Shown here piece by piece: positions 11,709 through 24,628 of a DNA stretch of 64,000 nt (within the stretch, counting starts at the first letter, position 1; every line of letters begins with the position of its first letter). The notes under the pieces were generated by a model that was not told where the DNA came from, did no database searches, and saw only the letters and a list, made by a program, of their open reading frames with translations. The translations under genes were made by a program, and so were the position numbers. The stretch comes from Octopus sinensis (taxonomy: Eukaryota): the NCBI RefSeq assembly GCF_006345805.1, contig NW_021832607.1, positions 1 through 64,000 of the forward strand. The letters are read 5' to 3'.

Positions 11709-13775
11709 TATAGTGTTTGATATCATCCGATTCTTTGTACGAGGAAGCAAAGGATATATTAGCAAAGCAAATTGTGATGTCATATTTAAGTAAAATATAA
11801 TAAGAGTAAAATTTGACAGGGGAAATGTAACGATTCTGAGAGAGGGAAAAAGAGAGAAAGAGGGGCAATTATACATGAAGGTAGAAATGAAACTTGGGCT
11901 GAAATTAGAAGATTTCTTATGAACTTAGGTTTTAAAGAAATTAAATCACTGATGGTGTAAAATATCGCAAGATAACAATAATTAGCAAAGTGTGGATTAA
12001 TGTTGTATCCATCTGTAGGCATAGTGGAATTTTGGTGGTTTTGCAATAATTAGATAAATTAAAGCAAATCAGACAAATTTATAAACCAGGAATAGAGGAA
12101 ATTGGTAAGAATGTAACTATGGAACTTTCTGTAAAATGTTTTACTAGATTTTGGTGTTGGTGGATAATTTGATTTTTTTATTTAGACAAATATGTGATTT
12201 CTATTCTTGCATTAAGATAAAAAAAAACGAAAAAATATAGACTATAAAGTAAGATATTTACCTACTATATGCATTACGGTTGTATATATAGTTGTATACA
12301 TTTGTAGAATTTGTTTTCTTTTGTTTTTTTTTTTGTTTTGTATATAATAATGTTCCTTGGTTCCCCTCACTTCATTCTACTATTTTGTCTTCATTCTAGC
12401 AACCATTTTCCTTTTGTATTGATCTCGCTCATTCCTCATATCCTTTTATACAAATCTACGAAGAGAAATTTCGACAACATTGAATCAAGTTCTGTCCAAT
12501 ATCCCTTCAACTATTGATTGAGTTAGTATATTTTTTTATACTCTTTCTAACTATATTATCGTAACCTATTGTAAACAACAACTCTCATGTCTAACCACCA
12601 ATCTACGCTTCTGTATTTGAAACCTGTCAGAAAATTTCTTCATTTATTCACCAAATAAATATATTTGTATTCGAAGTCTTTTTTGCTCTCATCCGGATTC
12701 ATTCCACTTTCTTCTGTTCGTTCATGTTTTTTTCTCTTTTTGTATTCTCGCTTCTATTCACATGGACATAATAACACTAATTTTTTACTTATCTTTCTAT
12801 TAGAAATTTCAACCTATCCTTTAATTCAGCGATTTCTATTATAATTCTGCTGACCCAGCGTATGATACGACGGACCTCCCTACAAACGAACTCGCTGCTG
12901 CTTTTATTTGAAGTCTAAATGCTGCGTAATTTCGTTATGACGTCAGGGAATACTTGTAGCTTTGTGGATAACTTTTAAATGTTTCTCTCATTTTTGTTTT
13001 TTTTCTGTCGCCATTCGCTCGAAAACAAAGTTTTTAGATTGAAACATGGCAACACTTTTGCAGAAACACGGACTGAAGTTCGAAGCTGCTAGCTTACATA
13101 CATACATACCTGCATACATACATGCATTCATATTTATACAATTATATGTGTATGTATGTATGTATGTATGTATGTATGTATGTATATATGTATGTATGTA
13201 TATATGTATATATGTGTGTGTGTGTTTGTGTGTGTGTGTATGCGTGTCTGTTTGTATATATATATATATATATACAAACAGTCACGAATACACACACACA
13301 GAGACTCTTATATATGTGTGAAGTTGGTAAGTATATTTCAAAAGATAAAAAATTGTGTAGTGAGAGATTAGATCTTAGACCAAATCAGATACACAAACCC
13401 GAAGGTCAAGTCGTGTCAGAGGTAATCCAGGTAAAAAGGTGTTGACATTAGTAAACACATCGGTCTAGCTTATGAAAATAAATAAAAAATTAAACATGGA
13501 CAGAGTTTTTGATGGCATTTTTTGATGGCATTAACCATTCGTACATAAAAATATGAATATAAAAATATTTCAGTAGAATACATGGAGAGATTTTGTTGAT
13601 AATTTTCTTATCCAGAGATTTGGTGAATTATATAAAAATTATTATGAAGAGAGAACAAAATTTTAGGTGATCGTTCACAGCTCTTTCTTGGATTGGGGGA
13701 AATGCCTTCATTCTGCACACACACACACACACACACAGACACACACACATAAACACACACACACACACACACACA

Positions 13776-13820
<45 letters not shown>

Positions 13821-14417
13821 CTAAATTAGCTTTAACATATAGCTATGAAATTACACAATCTAAGCTACAATTATACCATCGATAACACTTTTAGAAGATT
13901 TTAGATACCATAAATACATATGGATTGTAGCCGTGATCTTAAGGCATCTCGTGATGCAATAATTTAGATTCTTTTCCTTTTCCTTGTACCCTATTAGAAA
14001 ACCGCTTTTGGCGGTAATTTCAGAATTTTGACGCGGCTACGCGTTGTCCCCATTATCGCTAAGCCAAACGGTTAAAACAGGAAATAGACAGACGACAGCA
14101 ACCTCCGTCTACACCAATATAGCATAAATGTTTCCAGTTGTAATGGGCCAGATGCAGATTGCTCTATCAGTATGCTTACCATAAACTCCAAACAGTATGT
14201 CTCACCTAGTATGTAATTATTGCTCTTATTAAATATTCTTCTTCTCTTAATTGTTTGCGGATGTTGCCTGTTACTTCTTCACGCGCAAGGAACACATTTT
14301 TAGTTATAGCCTCAGCCAGTAATCATCTCAGATCAGCCACTCTCAAGAAGCTAATGGATTTGATGGTAATCAGACATTCTGGAATAATCTTTAGGTTTTT
14401 GAACACGTTACGGATTA

Positions 14418-14480
14418 CAGTAATCCCTGACCATATCGCGGTTCACCTATCGCGATTTACTAATATGGTTACGCCAATTC
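14418..14480 (+). mobile_element. Family M MITE, left-end fragment
   Basis: ta-cagtaatccctgaccatatcgcggttcacctatcgcg matches the left ends at 29633 and 39663. Confidence 0.65.
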
Positions 14481-14583
14481 CTCCTTGGCGTTGCTTTGCA
14501 TTTACAATAAAATAAACAGATACAAATAACAGAAATAATTTTTAAAAATATATAGTACAATATCGTGGCTTGTTGTTTTGGAA

Positions 14584-14977
14584 TGTGGAGGCGCTATGGC
14601 CCAGTGGTTAGGGCAGCGGACTCGCGGTCATAGGATCGCGGTTTCGATTCCCAGACCGGGCGTTGTGAGTGTTTATTGAGCGAAAACACCTAAAAGCTCC
14701 ACGAGGCTCCGGCAGGGGATGGTGGTGATCCCTGCTGTACTCTTTCACCACAACTTTCTCTCACTCGTATTTCTTATTTCTGTTGTACCTGTATTTCAAG
14801 GGGCCGGCCTTGTCACTCTCTGTGTCACGCTGAATATCCCCGAGAACTACGTTAAGGGTGCACGTGTCTGTAGAGTGCTCAGCCACTTACACGTTAATTT
14901 TACGAGCAGGCTGTTCCGTTGATTCGGATCAATCTGAACCCTCATCGTCGTAACCGACGGAGTGCTTCCATTCCATA
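14584..14977 (+). mobile_element. tRNA-derived SINE family C, full length
   Basis: tggcccagtggttagggcagcggactcgcgg...gtttcgattccc head; collinear and highly similar to the minus-strand copy at 62419-62810. Confidence 0.9.
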
Positions 14978-15197
14978 GACGACATAATGTTGTACGTCAC
15001 GAATACGACAGCTGCTTGGGAACTATTAGAGACAATCGAAGAAATTTTGAGGTGAAATAAAAAAAACAGGATTTTAAATGAGGGCGATGGGGGGGGGGGG
15101 TACGCATATGTACGCGTAAAAATGTTACATACAAATGTAGTTCCTAATAAAATAAATTCTTAGAAATACATAGATGTAAACTGTCTATGTAAGTTTC

Positions 15198-15253
<56 letters not shown>

Positions 15254-15254
<1 letters not shown>

Positions 15255-15537
15255 ACGGGAATGTTTACGAAAATAAACAAAAGACGAAGGCAGGTGGAGT
15301 GAAAACAAACAAATGTATTTATTATGGCGCTCAGGAATAGAAATAGAACAAGTCTTTTACGTTTCGAGCCTACGCTCTTCGACAGAAAGATACACAGAAA
15401 AGAAACAAGGAGAGGAAAAATTGCGTGTAGGAGCTAACGGTCTATCATGGCGTTCTGACTTCAGGCGGAGTTCAGAGGTCAGAGGTCAGACGTTAGACGT
15501 TAGAGGGATAGTAAGGGAGGTAACAGGGAGATAACAC

Positions 15538-15538
<1 letters not shown>
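15254..15538 (-). mobile_element. Short hammerhead-bearing element, family P2, flanked by (TA)n on both sides
   Basis: Homologous to 46789-46992 and 55036-55210; hammerhead at 15353-15390. Confidence 0.8.
15353..15390 (-). ncRNA. Minimal type I hammerhead, variant core CUGUCGA
   Basis: Minus strand: TCTTT-CTGTCGA-A-GAGC-gtag-GCTC-GAAA-C-GT-A-AAAGA. Stems I and II are perfect; stem III is the palindrome ACGT. Confidence 0.75.
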
Positions 15539-15589
<51 letters not shown>

Positions 15590-16446
15590 ATGTGTTTGTG
15601 TGTGTACGTATGGATGTTTGTCTCTATGTGTGTGTGTCTGTGTAAAATATGTCACTATACATATATATATATATATGCTCATTTATGCACACACACGCAC
15701 GCACACATTAGCATACATATAAACACACAAACGTACTCATATGCATCTATCTATATATTATACATAAGTGTGTGTATGTGTGCCTGTGTAAATATATTTG
15801 TACAGAAGCATTGGTTATGTTTATTATATGCACGTTTATGTGTCTAAAGATGCACGTATTAATATTTGTGTGTGTGTGTCTGTGTGTGTGTTTGTACTTG
15901 TGATTTGCTATAAACAGCCTCATCATGAAGAATTGGCAAACTAACAAGAGCGAACTATTAAACAAGAAAATAAAATAAGATGAGACCAAATGTTATATTT
16001 ATATATCAAATATATAAAAAGGAGGGAAAAGCAAATTAATATGACAAACAGCTCGACATCTTTACAAAAACAAAATGGTGGCAAGAGTGATTATTTGCTT
16101 CAGAATGGCGTAGAAATCCGTGCTACTCGGCTGACCTTTAGCAGCTGAGATTACTGCGTGCTAACGCAGTCAGATGACATTTTGATTGATAAAAAGCCAC
16201 TGAACTTTGCCGAGCTGCTCTTCCATTATAACAGTTTACAAAGGTGGGGGTCATTACAACTTAAAGCCATTACAATATTTTCTTTACTACATGGAGGCGG
16301 CGGGGGTGGGGTGTAAGGAAGGAAAGGTGGAGTGACTTGTTGGAGTATATGAATACATCTACGAAACATGTTTATTTGTTTGATTGAAGTGCAATGCATG
16401 ATGCTGTACATACTATTGTTGCCGTTCGGAAAATATTTATTTACGA

Positions 16447-16464
16447 CTATTATTAATATTGTTA

Positions 16465-16538
<74 letters not shown>

Positions 16539-16637
16539 GCTATTATTACCATTATTATTATTATTATATATTATTATTATTATTATTGCTATATTACCAT
16601 TATTATTATACTATTATTATTATTATTGCTATATTAC

Positions 16638-16678
<41 letters not shown>

Positions 16679-16812
16679 TATATTATTATTATTGTTACCA
16701 TTATTATTATTATTATTATTATTATCACTATTGTTGCTATTGTTATTATTATTATTGTTATTATTATTATTATTGTTGTTGTTGTTGTTGTTGTTGTTAT
16801 TACTTTCATTTT
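16447..16812. repeat. (TTA)n tract with internal higher-order units
   Basis: Recurring TGCTATATTACCATTATTAT-like interruptions. Confidence 0.9.
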
Positions 16813-17453
16813 ATTAGTATTATTAAAGGTTTCTGCAATCCATTCGCCAATTCTTCAATAACAATATTAAATACAACTATCAGAAGGAATTTGGTGTGGT
16901 GGTGGTGGTGATGGAAATGATTACGATGGTTTGAGGCCAGAACCATTTCCTCTCATGCCAAGCCCTCATCAACCTCTTCAAAATAAAACTTCAAGATGAA
17001 TGGAGAGAGACGAGGTTGGATAGGGAATTACTGTACAATAAATCTTATGAAATATAAATGTAAATGTGAGAGGAAAAAATTGCCGTAGCTAAAGGAGTCC
17101 ACTCTAACCACGAAACGGCTGCCTTTTGTGGCAACAACGACGTGTAAACACTCATCTTTGGCTTGTTAATCTAATTTGATATTGTATATGGAGTGTAACG
17201 AATCTCCATATGTGGCTGCCACCATTTTGGAGACATTTCTCTATTTTCTTGGTTGTTGTTTGTTAACGTTGTTGTTGCTGCCAGCGGTTATCTCTTAGCT
17301 TTCATGTCGTTTCAGATTTATTGATAATCTTGAATTCATAATGTTTTCACGATTTAGCATTGTTGCATTCTGTCGGTGTTCTATTCCCTAAAGATTTCGA
17401 CGCATGAGGGCAACAAAATAAATTATTATTTATACAAGTGTTAATGTCACTTT

Positions 17454-17454
<1 letters not shown>

Positions 17455-17502
<48 letters not shown>

Positions 17503-17543
17503 TATTATTATTATTATTATTATTGCTATAATCATTATTATTA

Positions 17544-17611
<68 letters not shown>

Positions 17612-17672
17612 GTTATTAATATCATTATTATTATTATTAGTACTATTATTATTATTATTATTACTATTACCA

Positions 17673-17713
<41 letters not shown>

Positions 17714-17853
17714 GTTGTTATTATTATTATTGTTGTTGTTGTTGTTATTATTATTATTATTATTATTTGTAGTAGTAGTACTATTATTATTATTATTATT
17801 ACTATTGTTATTATTGTTATTATTATCATTGCTATTTTTTATTATCTTTATTA

Positions 17854-17890
<37 letters not shown>

Positions 17891-17952
17891 CATCATCATT
17901 ATTATTATTATTATTATTATTATTGTTATTATTATTGCTGTTGTTGTTGTTT
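17455..17952. repeat. Long degenerate (TTA)n/(TTG)n tract
   Basis: Direct reading. Confidence 0.95.
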
Positions 17953-18097
17953 GTATTGTGCTTGTTACCGTTAATGATAACAATAAGAATAAGCTGAAGA
18001 TAAATGATAAAAATAACATCATAAACAAGAACTGAAATGATAAAGATAATTGGTAATGTTGAAGTTCTGCAAATGTATGGGAGTGGTAAAACAGATT

Positions 18098-18235
18098 AAA
18101 TCGATCCAGTGTTTGACTGGCCACATATTTTATTGACCCCGGAGAGATGAAAAGAGAAAAGATGATTTGGAAGAATTTAGCTGTGAATTTGATGGACGTA
18201 AATAAATATTTTGAATCGCTCTTTGCGCCGCTCTA
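18098..18235 (-). mobile_element. SINE family A, degenerate
   Basis: atcgatccagtgtttgactgg...ttttattgaccccggagagatgaaaag matches the reverse-complemented core. Confidence 0.55.
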
Positions 18236-18479
18236 TTAATTCTAATATACACGGAATGGTAACTGTAACGGTCATATGAATGGGAACAATAGAGAACCTC
18301 CATCACTGCGACCACCAACACAACCTCCATAACCACTGCTACTGCTACTACCACCATAATTACTTGTACAACAGGAAGGATAAGAATCGTTTTTGCTATT
18401 CGCAAAATGATAGCAACAATAATAATACCAACAAAAATGATAATAATTGACAAGACTTCAAACTTAGTCGTGCTATATG

Positions 18480-19670
18480 TTGAATAGGGACAAGCTTACA
18501 AAATCGTATTAGATATTGAGCAGGAATAAACTTACAAATACATGGGAATGAATGAAGTCGCTAATATTCAACATGCAAGAAGGGAAGATAAGGTTAGGAA
18601 GGAATGTTATGGGTGCATTGGAGGAATCCTGAAGTCTGAGCTAAATGCACATAACAAGGTGTTAGCTATAAATTCCTTAGTACTTCCATTTGTTACTTAT
18701 AGCTATAATGTGTTGAACTGTAATATCAGCGAAATAAAGAAGATTTACAGAAAACTACGTAAGCCGCTTACTTACAATAAGATGCACCACTTAAAGGCAG
18801 GCGTAGATCGTCTACACATTCTCACAGCCGAAGGACATTGAAGCTTGATCCATGTTGAAATCTCTAACAAAACCACCACAAATGGTCTGTCCAAATATAT
18901 TGAAATATCTATCAAGTGGATGATAAAACCCGTTGACAATCAAGAGAGGCGTAAGAAGCTCCATTTTATCATGCCGGAAAGCAAACAAGTGTCTCTGTGT
19001 TCATGGATAATTTCCAGCATGTTGTTGCGAAAAGAGTGAAGTGAATGGTAAGCGGCAAAAGCGTGTGAACATTTGGCTCATTGTTGGTAGCAGCATTTCT
19101 GCAGAGCAAATATTTTACCCGTAGCGACAATGCTTATGTAGACCAGATGCACATGACTCTGTGGCTACGGAGCTCATTGTTAAACGCAGAGGGTGAGGGC
19201 TTAATTTTAGATGCTGAATATCATAGACTATTGAGCCGGAACTACCAAGCCAATATACTGAATAATGGAGTAGACCAAAAGTGCCGAGTTTTAAAAGTTG
19301 AGATTGCAACTGTGGACCACCTAAATTCTGAATGCAAAGGTTTAGAACCAGTGGAGCATAAATCAAGACATGACAGAGTTAGCCATTATCTACACTGGTT
19401 AATATGTCGGAATTATGAAATGAAATCTGTCGATAAATAGTATAAGCACCACCCTGAGGCAGTAACTGAGGGAGAAAATCTAAAGATTCTGGGAAATTTT
19501 CAAGTACATACAGAACTAGTAAAAACGGAACAATCAAAGCTAATAAACTGGATATTGTTGTGAAAGAATAAAGACTGCTTATTAATTGAAATGAGTATTC
19601 CTTGTGATCGTAATATATCGGCTAAAGAATTTGGCAAGCTCAGAAAATATGAAGGTTTGCTCATTGGATA
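18480..19670 (+). mobile_element. Decayed R4/Dong-clade non-LTR retrotransposon, copy 1 (RT C-terminus, zinc knuckle, RLE)
   Basis: YKYMG, LKSELNAHNKVLAINSLVLP, KMHHLKAGVDRLH, WLRSSLLNAEGEGLI, NYQANILNNGVDQKCR..TVDHLNSEC..KSRHDRVSHYLHWLIC, ANKLDIVVK. Stops and frameshifts present. Confidence 0.9.
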
Positions 19671-21363
19671 GAGGGGTCACAAGAGATTGGATGATTAGAG
19701 GGAGAACCTCACTCCTCATGAAAGATAAGAGCAAGGATAATATAACTAGCAATTATAGACCAATCACTTGCTTACCATTAGCGTGGAAGTTGTTATCAAG
19801 AAGACTTTCAGAAAGCATTTATGAAAGCCTTCACTGCCAGAAATTGCTGCTTGAAGAACGGAAACGTCTCAGGAAGAAGTTTAGAGAAATGCATGATCTG
19901 TCATACAGAGATAAATTATTTCCAAATGAAGTAAAATGAAGAAAAATTAACAACAGCATTGATAGATAACAGGAGAGCCTATGAAATGATTCCATACTCA
20001 TGGATGAATGAATGATTGAGTATTTTCGGTATTGCAGAAAACAGAAGGTAATTAATTAGCTTTAGCATAAAGAAATGGAAATTATACCTCCACACAGGTG
20101 ACACAGCCTCAATGAAAGTTAATATCAATAGAGAAATTTTGCAAGAAGACTCGTTATATCCTTTAATATTTACCTTATGTTTTATCCTACTCAGTTTAGT
20201 ATTAAGGAGGGCAAAGGCAGGGTATCAGTTACGAAATAGTGAAGGAAAAATTATCCAGTTGCTCCACATAGGTGATCTAGAGCTTTTTAGTTAAAATAAG
20301 AAAGAGATATCTTAATACAAACCGTAAAAGTCTTCACCAAAGATGCAGGCATGGAATTTGGTATAGATGTGTAAGCAATGTTAGTCATGACAGAGACAAG
20401 TAGTCAACAGTAAAAGCATTCAATTAGAAGACGGCCTGACATTAAGATCACTGAAAGAAGGAGAGAATTATAAGTATCTAGGAGTATTAGAATCTGGTAG
20501 ATTACTAACTATAGAAGTGAAAATTAAGAAGGAGTACATCAGAAGGGTGAGGAGGGTAATGAATTCAAAGCCAAATGTTCCGAATGTAGTGAAGGCTGTA
20601 AATATTTGGCCAGTGCTGTTACTTAGATACTCAGCAACTTTTGTAGAGTGGACAAAATCTGAATTTGCAAAGCTAGACAAGAACTAGAAAGGAATTCAAT
20701 ACGAATGGAGGACTTCAGCCAAGAGCAGGAGTAACAAGCTTATACTTAACTGAAAAGGAAGGTGAGTGGAAGATGGTTAATATCATTAGAAGACTGCGTG
20801 GATATAGTCTCGTATGTAGGTAATAATGAAGGTTGTTAAGAGCTGCTCGTGTCACAGAAGGACATAGATAAACCAAAAAGTCACATGAATTTAAAATTCA
20901 GAAAAAAGAAGAAAGATTATTTGACTGGCAAGGGGAGGCCTCTCATGGTATATTCGTAAAGATAATTGCAAGAAATAGTAGTAGTGAGACATGATTATGT
21001 TTGCGCAAAGGGAGGCTGACAAGAGAGACAGAGAGTTTGCTAATATCATTAAGTATTAATTGGATAAAAGCCAAGGTAGAGAAAAAAACAGGTAGATTCC
21101 GAATGTAGGTTAATCAAATCAAAATAGGAAAGTGTTACTCATATAGTAAGTGAATGTAGCATTCTGGCGCAGAAAGAATACAAGAAAAGACATGACAACC
21201 TAGGGAGATTAATACACTGGTTGTTATTTAGAAAGATAGGATCTGACTACACTGGTGACTAGTATGAAAATGAAACTAATAAAGTACTAGGAAGAAATAT
21301 GAGACGTTGTGGGACTTTAACATTGAGACCGACAGAGTGATACCATTTAGTAGTAGTAGTAGC

Positions 21364-21400
<37 letters not shown>

Positions 21401-21422
21401 TAGTAGTAGTAGTAGCAGCAGC

Positions 21423-21463
<41 letters not shown>

Positions 21464-21750
21464 ATAAAGAGAATAGAAAGTGCCAGATAATGGGGTTTAC
21501 AGTCCCAAATGAAAAAAGTAATATCAGGGGTATAGAGAAAATAGAAAAGTACAAAACCCTAGACAGTTACAGAGACAATAGAAAGTGCTGGTAAAATGTA
21601 TCCCAGTTAGGAACTATTCCTAAAAATTGAAAACATGGATAGAAGAAATACACATAAAACCTACGATAGTACACCTCCACAAAACAGAGTGATTAGGGAC
21701 AGGTAGGATATTAGAAAGGTTCTTGGGATCTAAGGTTACTTTTTGTGTCC
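19671..21750 (+). mobile_element. Decayed R4/Dong-clade non-LTR retrotransposon, copy 2 (5'-truncated, RT through RLE and 3' end)
   Basis: WMIRGRTSLLMKDK..SNYRPITCLPLAWKLL, EILQEDSLYPLIF (QGDSLSP), LLHIGDLELF (FMDDLKLF), NYKYLGVLE, SVTHIVSECSILAQKEYKKRHDNLG, LWDFNIETDRVI, LGTGRI. Confidence 0.9.
21347..21463. repeat. (TAG)n expansion inside the RLE coding region
   Basis: Sits between DRVI and DKENRKC, where VVV codons would lie. Confidence 0.9.
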
Positions 21751-21758
21751 CTATATTA

Positions 21759-22006
21759 GGGCGGCGAGCGGGCACGGGCGGCGAACTGGCAGAATCGTTA
21801 GCACACCGGGCGAAATGCGTAGCCGTATTTTGTCTGCCTTTACGTTCTGAGTTCAAATTACGCGGAGGTCGACTTTGTCTTCCATCCTTTCGGGGTCGAT
21901 AAATTAAGTACCAGTTACGCACTGGGGTCGATGTAATCGACTTAATCCGTTTGTCTGTCCTTGTTTGTCCCCTCTGTGTTTAGCCCCTTCTAGGCAATAA
22001 AGAAAT
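21759..22006 (+). mobile_element. SINE family A, full length with a duplicated 5' start
   Basis: gggcggcgagcgggcac-gggcggcgaactggcagaatcgttagc...; same tail as 235-681 and 6076. Confidence 0.9.
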
Positions 22007-22716
22007 ATATATATTAGGAATTTTTCCTTTCCAGGTTAATATGTTGGGCGTGAGTGAAGTAATATAAAAAAACAATAATAATATCAACGATAATAAGAAC
22101 AAAAATAGTAATTTTCATTGAACAGCGTTAAGGACAAGAAAACGAAGGAGTAAAGAAAGGCAAATATTAGGGAAACAAGATGTAGGTGAAATGGGAGAGA
22201 GTGTACAAGAGCAACGTTTATAGCAGAAAGAACGAAAATAACAACAAGAAGAATACAATAACAACAGCAGCACCAAAGACAACAATGACACCAACTACAG
22301 CAACACGAACAACAGAAATAGCAATGAAAGCAATATGTGAGCAGTAACTAACGACTTGAACAACGTGGTGCGTTGGTTTCTACTCCTTATTTGTGTGAAA
22401 ATAACTAACTGCAGTTTTCAATTTCACATTCTGATTGATGACACAACAACGTAACGACATGCAATCAAACTCATTGCAGTAGAAAAACAAGGAAAAGGAA
22501 GAATCAAAAAAAGAAAATCGTGATTAAATATTTTGTGAGGGAGGGCTTTACACAATGTCGAAATCTAACGTGTAAGATGAGATTTCATTATGGCCGCCAG
22601 CAGGAGAGAAGTGAGGACGGAAATGAAAAACCACGTGATTATCAGAGTATAATCGTTAAAAACGCCCAACGGGATCATGTCTGATTTCTCTGCATTCTTT
22701 ATGCAGTCTACTCCCA

Positions 22717-22831
<115 letters not shown>

Positions 22832-23109
22832 CCTATATATATATATGTATACATACATATATATATGTATATATATACATTTATTAATATTTGTCTGTGT
22901 TTGTGTGCATCATATATCTATTTACATACATATATATATATATATATATATGTACATACATATATATCTATGCATGTATATCTGTATAGCTGTGGGCGTG
23001 AAGAGAAAGAGAAAGTGCGAGGGGGGAGGGCAGCGAACAGCCAACAACAAAAGACAAAATCAGAAAGAAGAAAGGAAAACAACAGCAAGTCCTTGGGACG
23101 TTCGCCTTT

Positions 23110-23310
23110 GATATAATCAGGTGGCCAATATGGCGGCGGCGAGCTGTCGGAGCTTCATTTTCCGTTGCTACATTCATCTCAGCTGCAAATGAGAAACCGC
23201 GTGACGGACTGGCTTTGTGATCAAGGGGAAAGCTGACCCGCTCATCTCGCCAACAGTGTGCTATCGATCGAGAGCTTAAGCGATGCAAAGCGCATAGTGA
23301 CTGGCGATGT
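23110..23310. promoter_or_regulatory. Unique GC-rich island, candidate promoter or conserved non-coding element
   Basis: CCAAT at 23125 directly followed by ATGGCGGCGGCG (YY1-like), CAGCTG and CAAATG E-boxes and retained CpGs; no second copy seen in the window. Confidence 0.3.
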
Positions 23311-23354
23311 AAAACATTCGATTATCAGGTTAATCATATAAGGGATATATGCAT

Positions 23355-23660
<306 letters not shown>

Positions 23661-24235
23661 AATTTAAAAGCAACTAAATGATCGATAACCATAATAACAA
23701 GGATTCGTATAAAAAAACGCGTCAGAAAGAATTCGCAACAATTAAAAGGAATATGCAAAAAATGTAATGTAATTATTTACCAATTAATTAAGAAACCAGT
23801 TTAAATTAGTAATAGTTGGTTAAACTTTGAAGATTATCATTCAATTTATAATTGGAATTGGAGAGGAGAAATCGACTATGCAAAAGTGCACACAGTAGTA
23901 AATAAATATATAAACAAACATAACCATATCAATATGTAAATACCTTACTAGCGAGGCGATCAGTATTTTTAGAACAAAACTGCAATCTGCGCACCATTTC
24001 TAAAGAAGCTAAAGACTGTAAACTGCTGTGTCTGCCTGAATTAAGCATCTGTTTTCCTGCATAAGGAATTTTTTTTCCGAGTCAAATACCGCAGTTATCA
24101 GGCTTTCAGAACTGTTGCTGCTTTTAGTATGATGTACAGAAATAAGTAAATAGTATTTAGAAATTATGGAGATTAATAATTATCGTAAAGTGGTTGTTTT
24201 TTGATAAGTTAATTCTTTTTATTTTTTATTCTTTT

Positions 24236-24405
24236 TTCTCGTTTCAGTCATTTGACTGGGGCCATGCTGTAGCACCGCCTATAGTTGAACAAATCGACCA
24301 AGGAGTTATTCTTTGAGGAAGCGCCATGTTTCAGGAAGTTAAAGACACCATCATCGGTTGTCAAGCGATGGTGGTGGGGCGGACAAACACACTCACACAC
24401 ACACA

Positions 24406-24458
<53 letters not shown>

Positions 24459-24628
24459 ATATATATATATATACGACGTGCTTCGTTCAGTTTCCTTCTA
24501 ACAAATCTACTCACAATGCTTTGGTCGGCCCGAGGCTATAGTAGAAGACACATGCTCAAGGTTCCACACAATGGAACTGAACCAGGAACCATGTGGTTGG
24601 TAAGCAAGCTACTTGCCACACAGCCCGT
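24236..24628 (-). mobile_element. SINE family B, full length with internal (CA)n(TA)n
   Basis: Reverse complement is collinear with 32775-33184. Confidence 0.9.

Noticed and set aside
12938-13100. CRE at 12938 followed by ATG GCA ACA CTT (MATLLQKHGLKFEAA)
   Set aside because: The frame runs into a microsatellite with no donor site, and a single motif is near chance.
14584-14660. tRNA-like heads (also at 6076 and 32775)
   Set aside because: A and B boxes are present, but I could not fold a complete cloverleaf and each continues into a SINE body, so they are not tRNA genes.
15089-15100. G12 run as a G-quadruplex element
   Set aside because: It is an isolated homopolymer with no supporting context and may be a sequencing-length artefact.
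22432-22439. TGATTGAT PBX/HOX sites (16183, 22432, 54570) as evidence of Hox regulation
   Set aside because: A few copies of this AT-rich 8-mer are expected by chance in 64 kb, so they are not informative alone.
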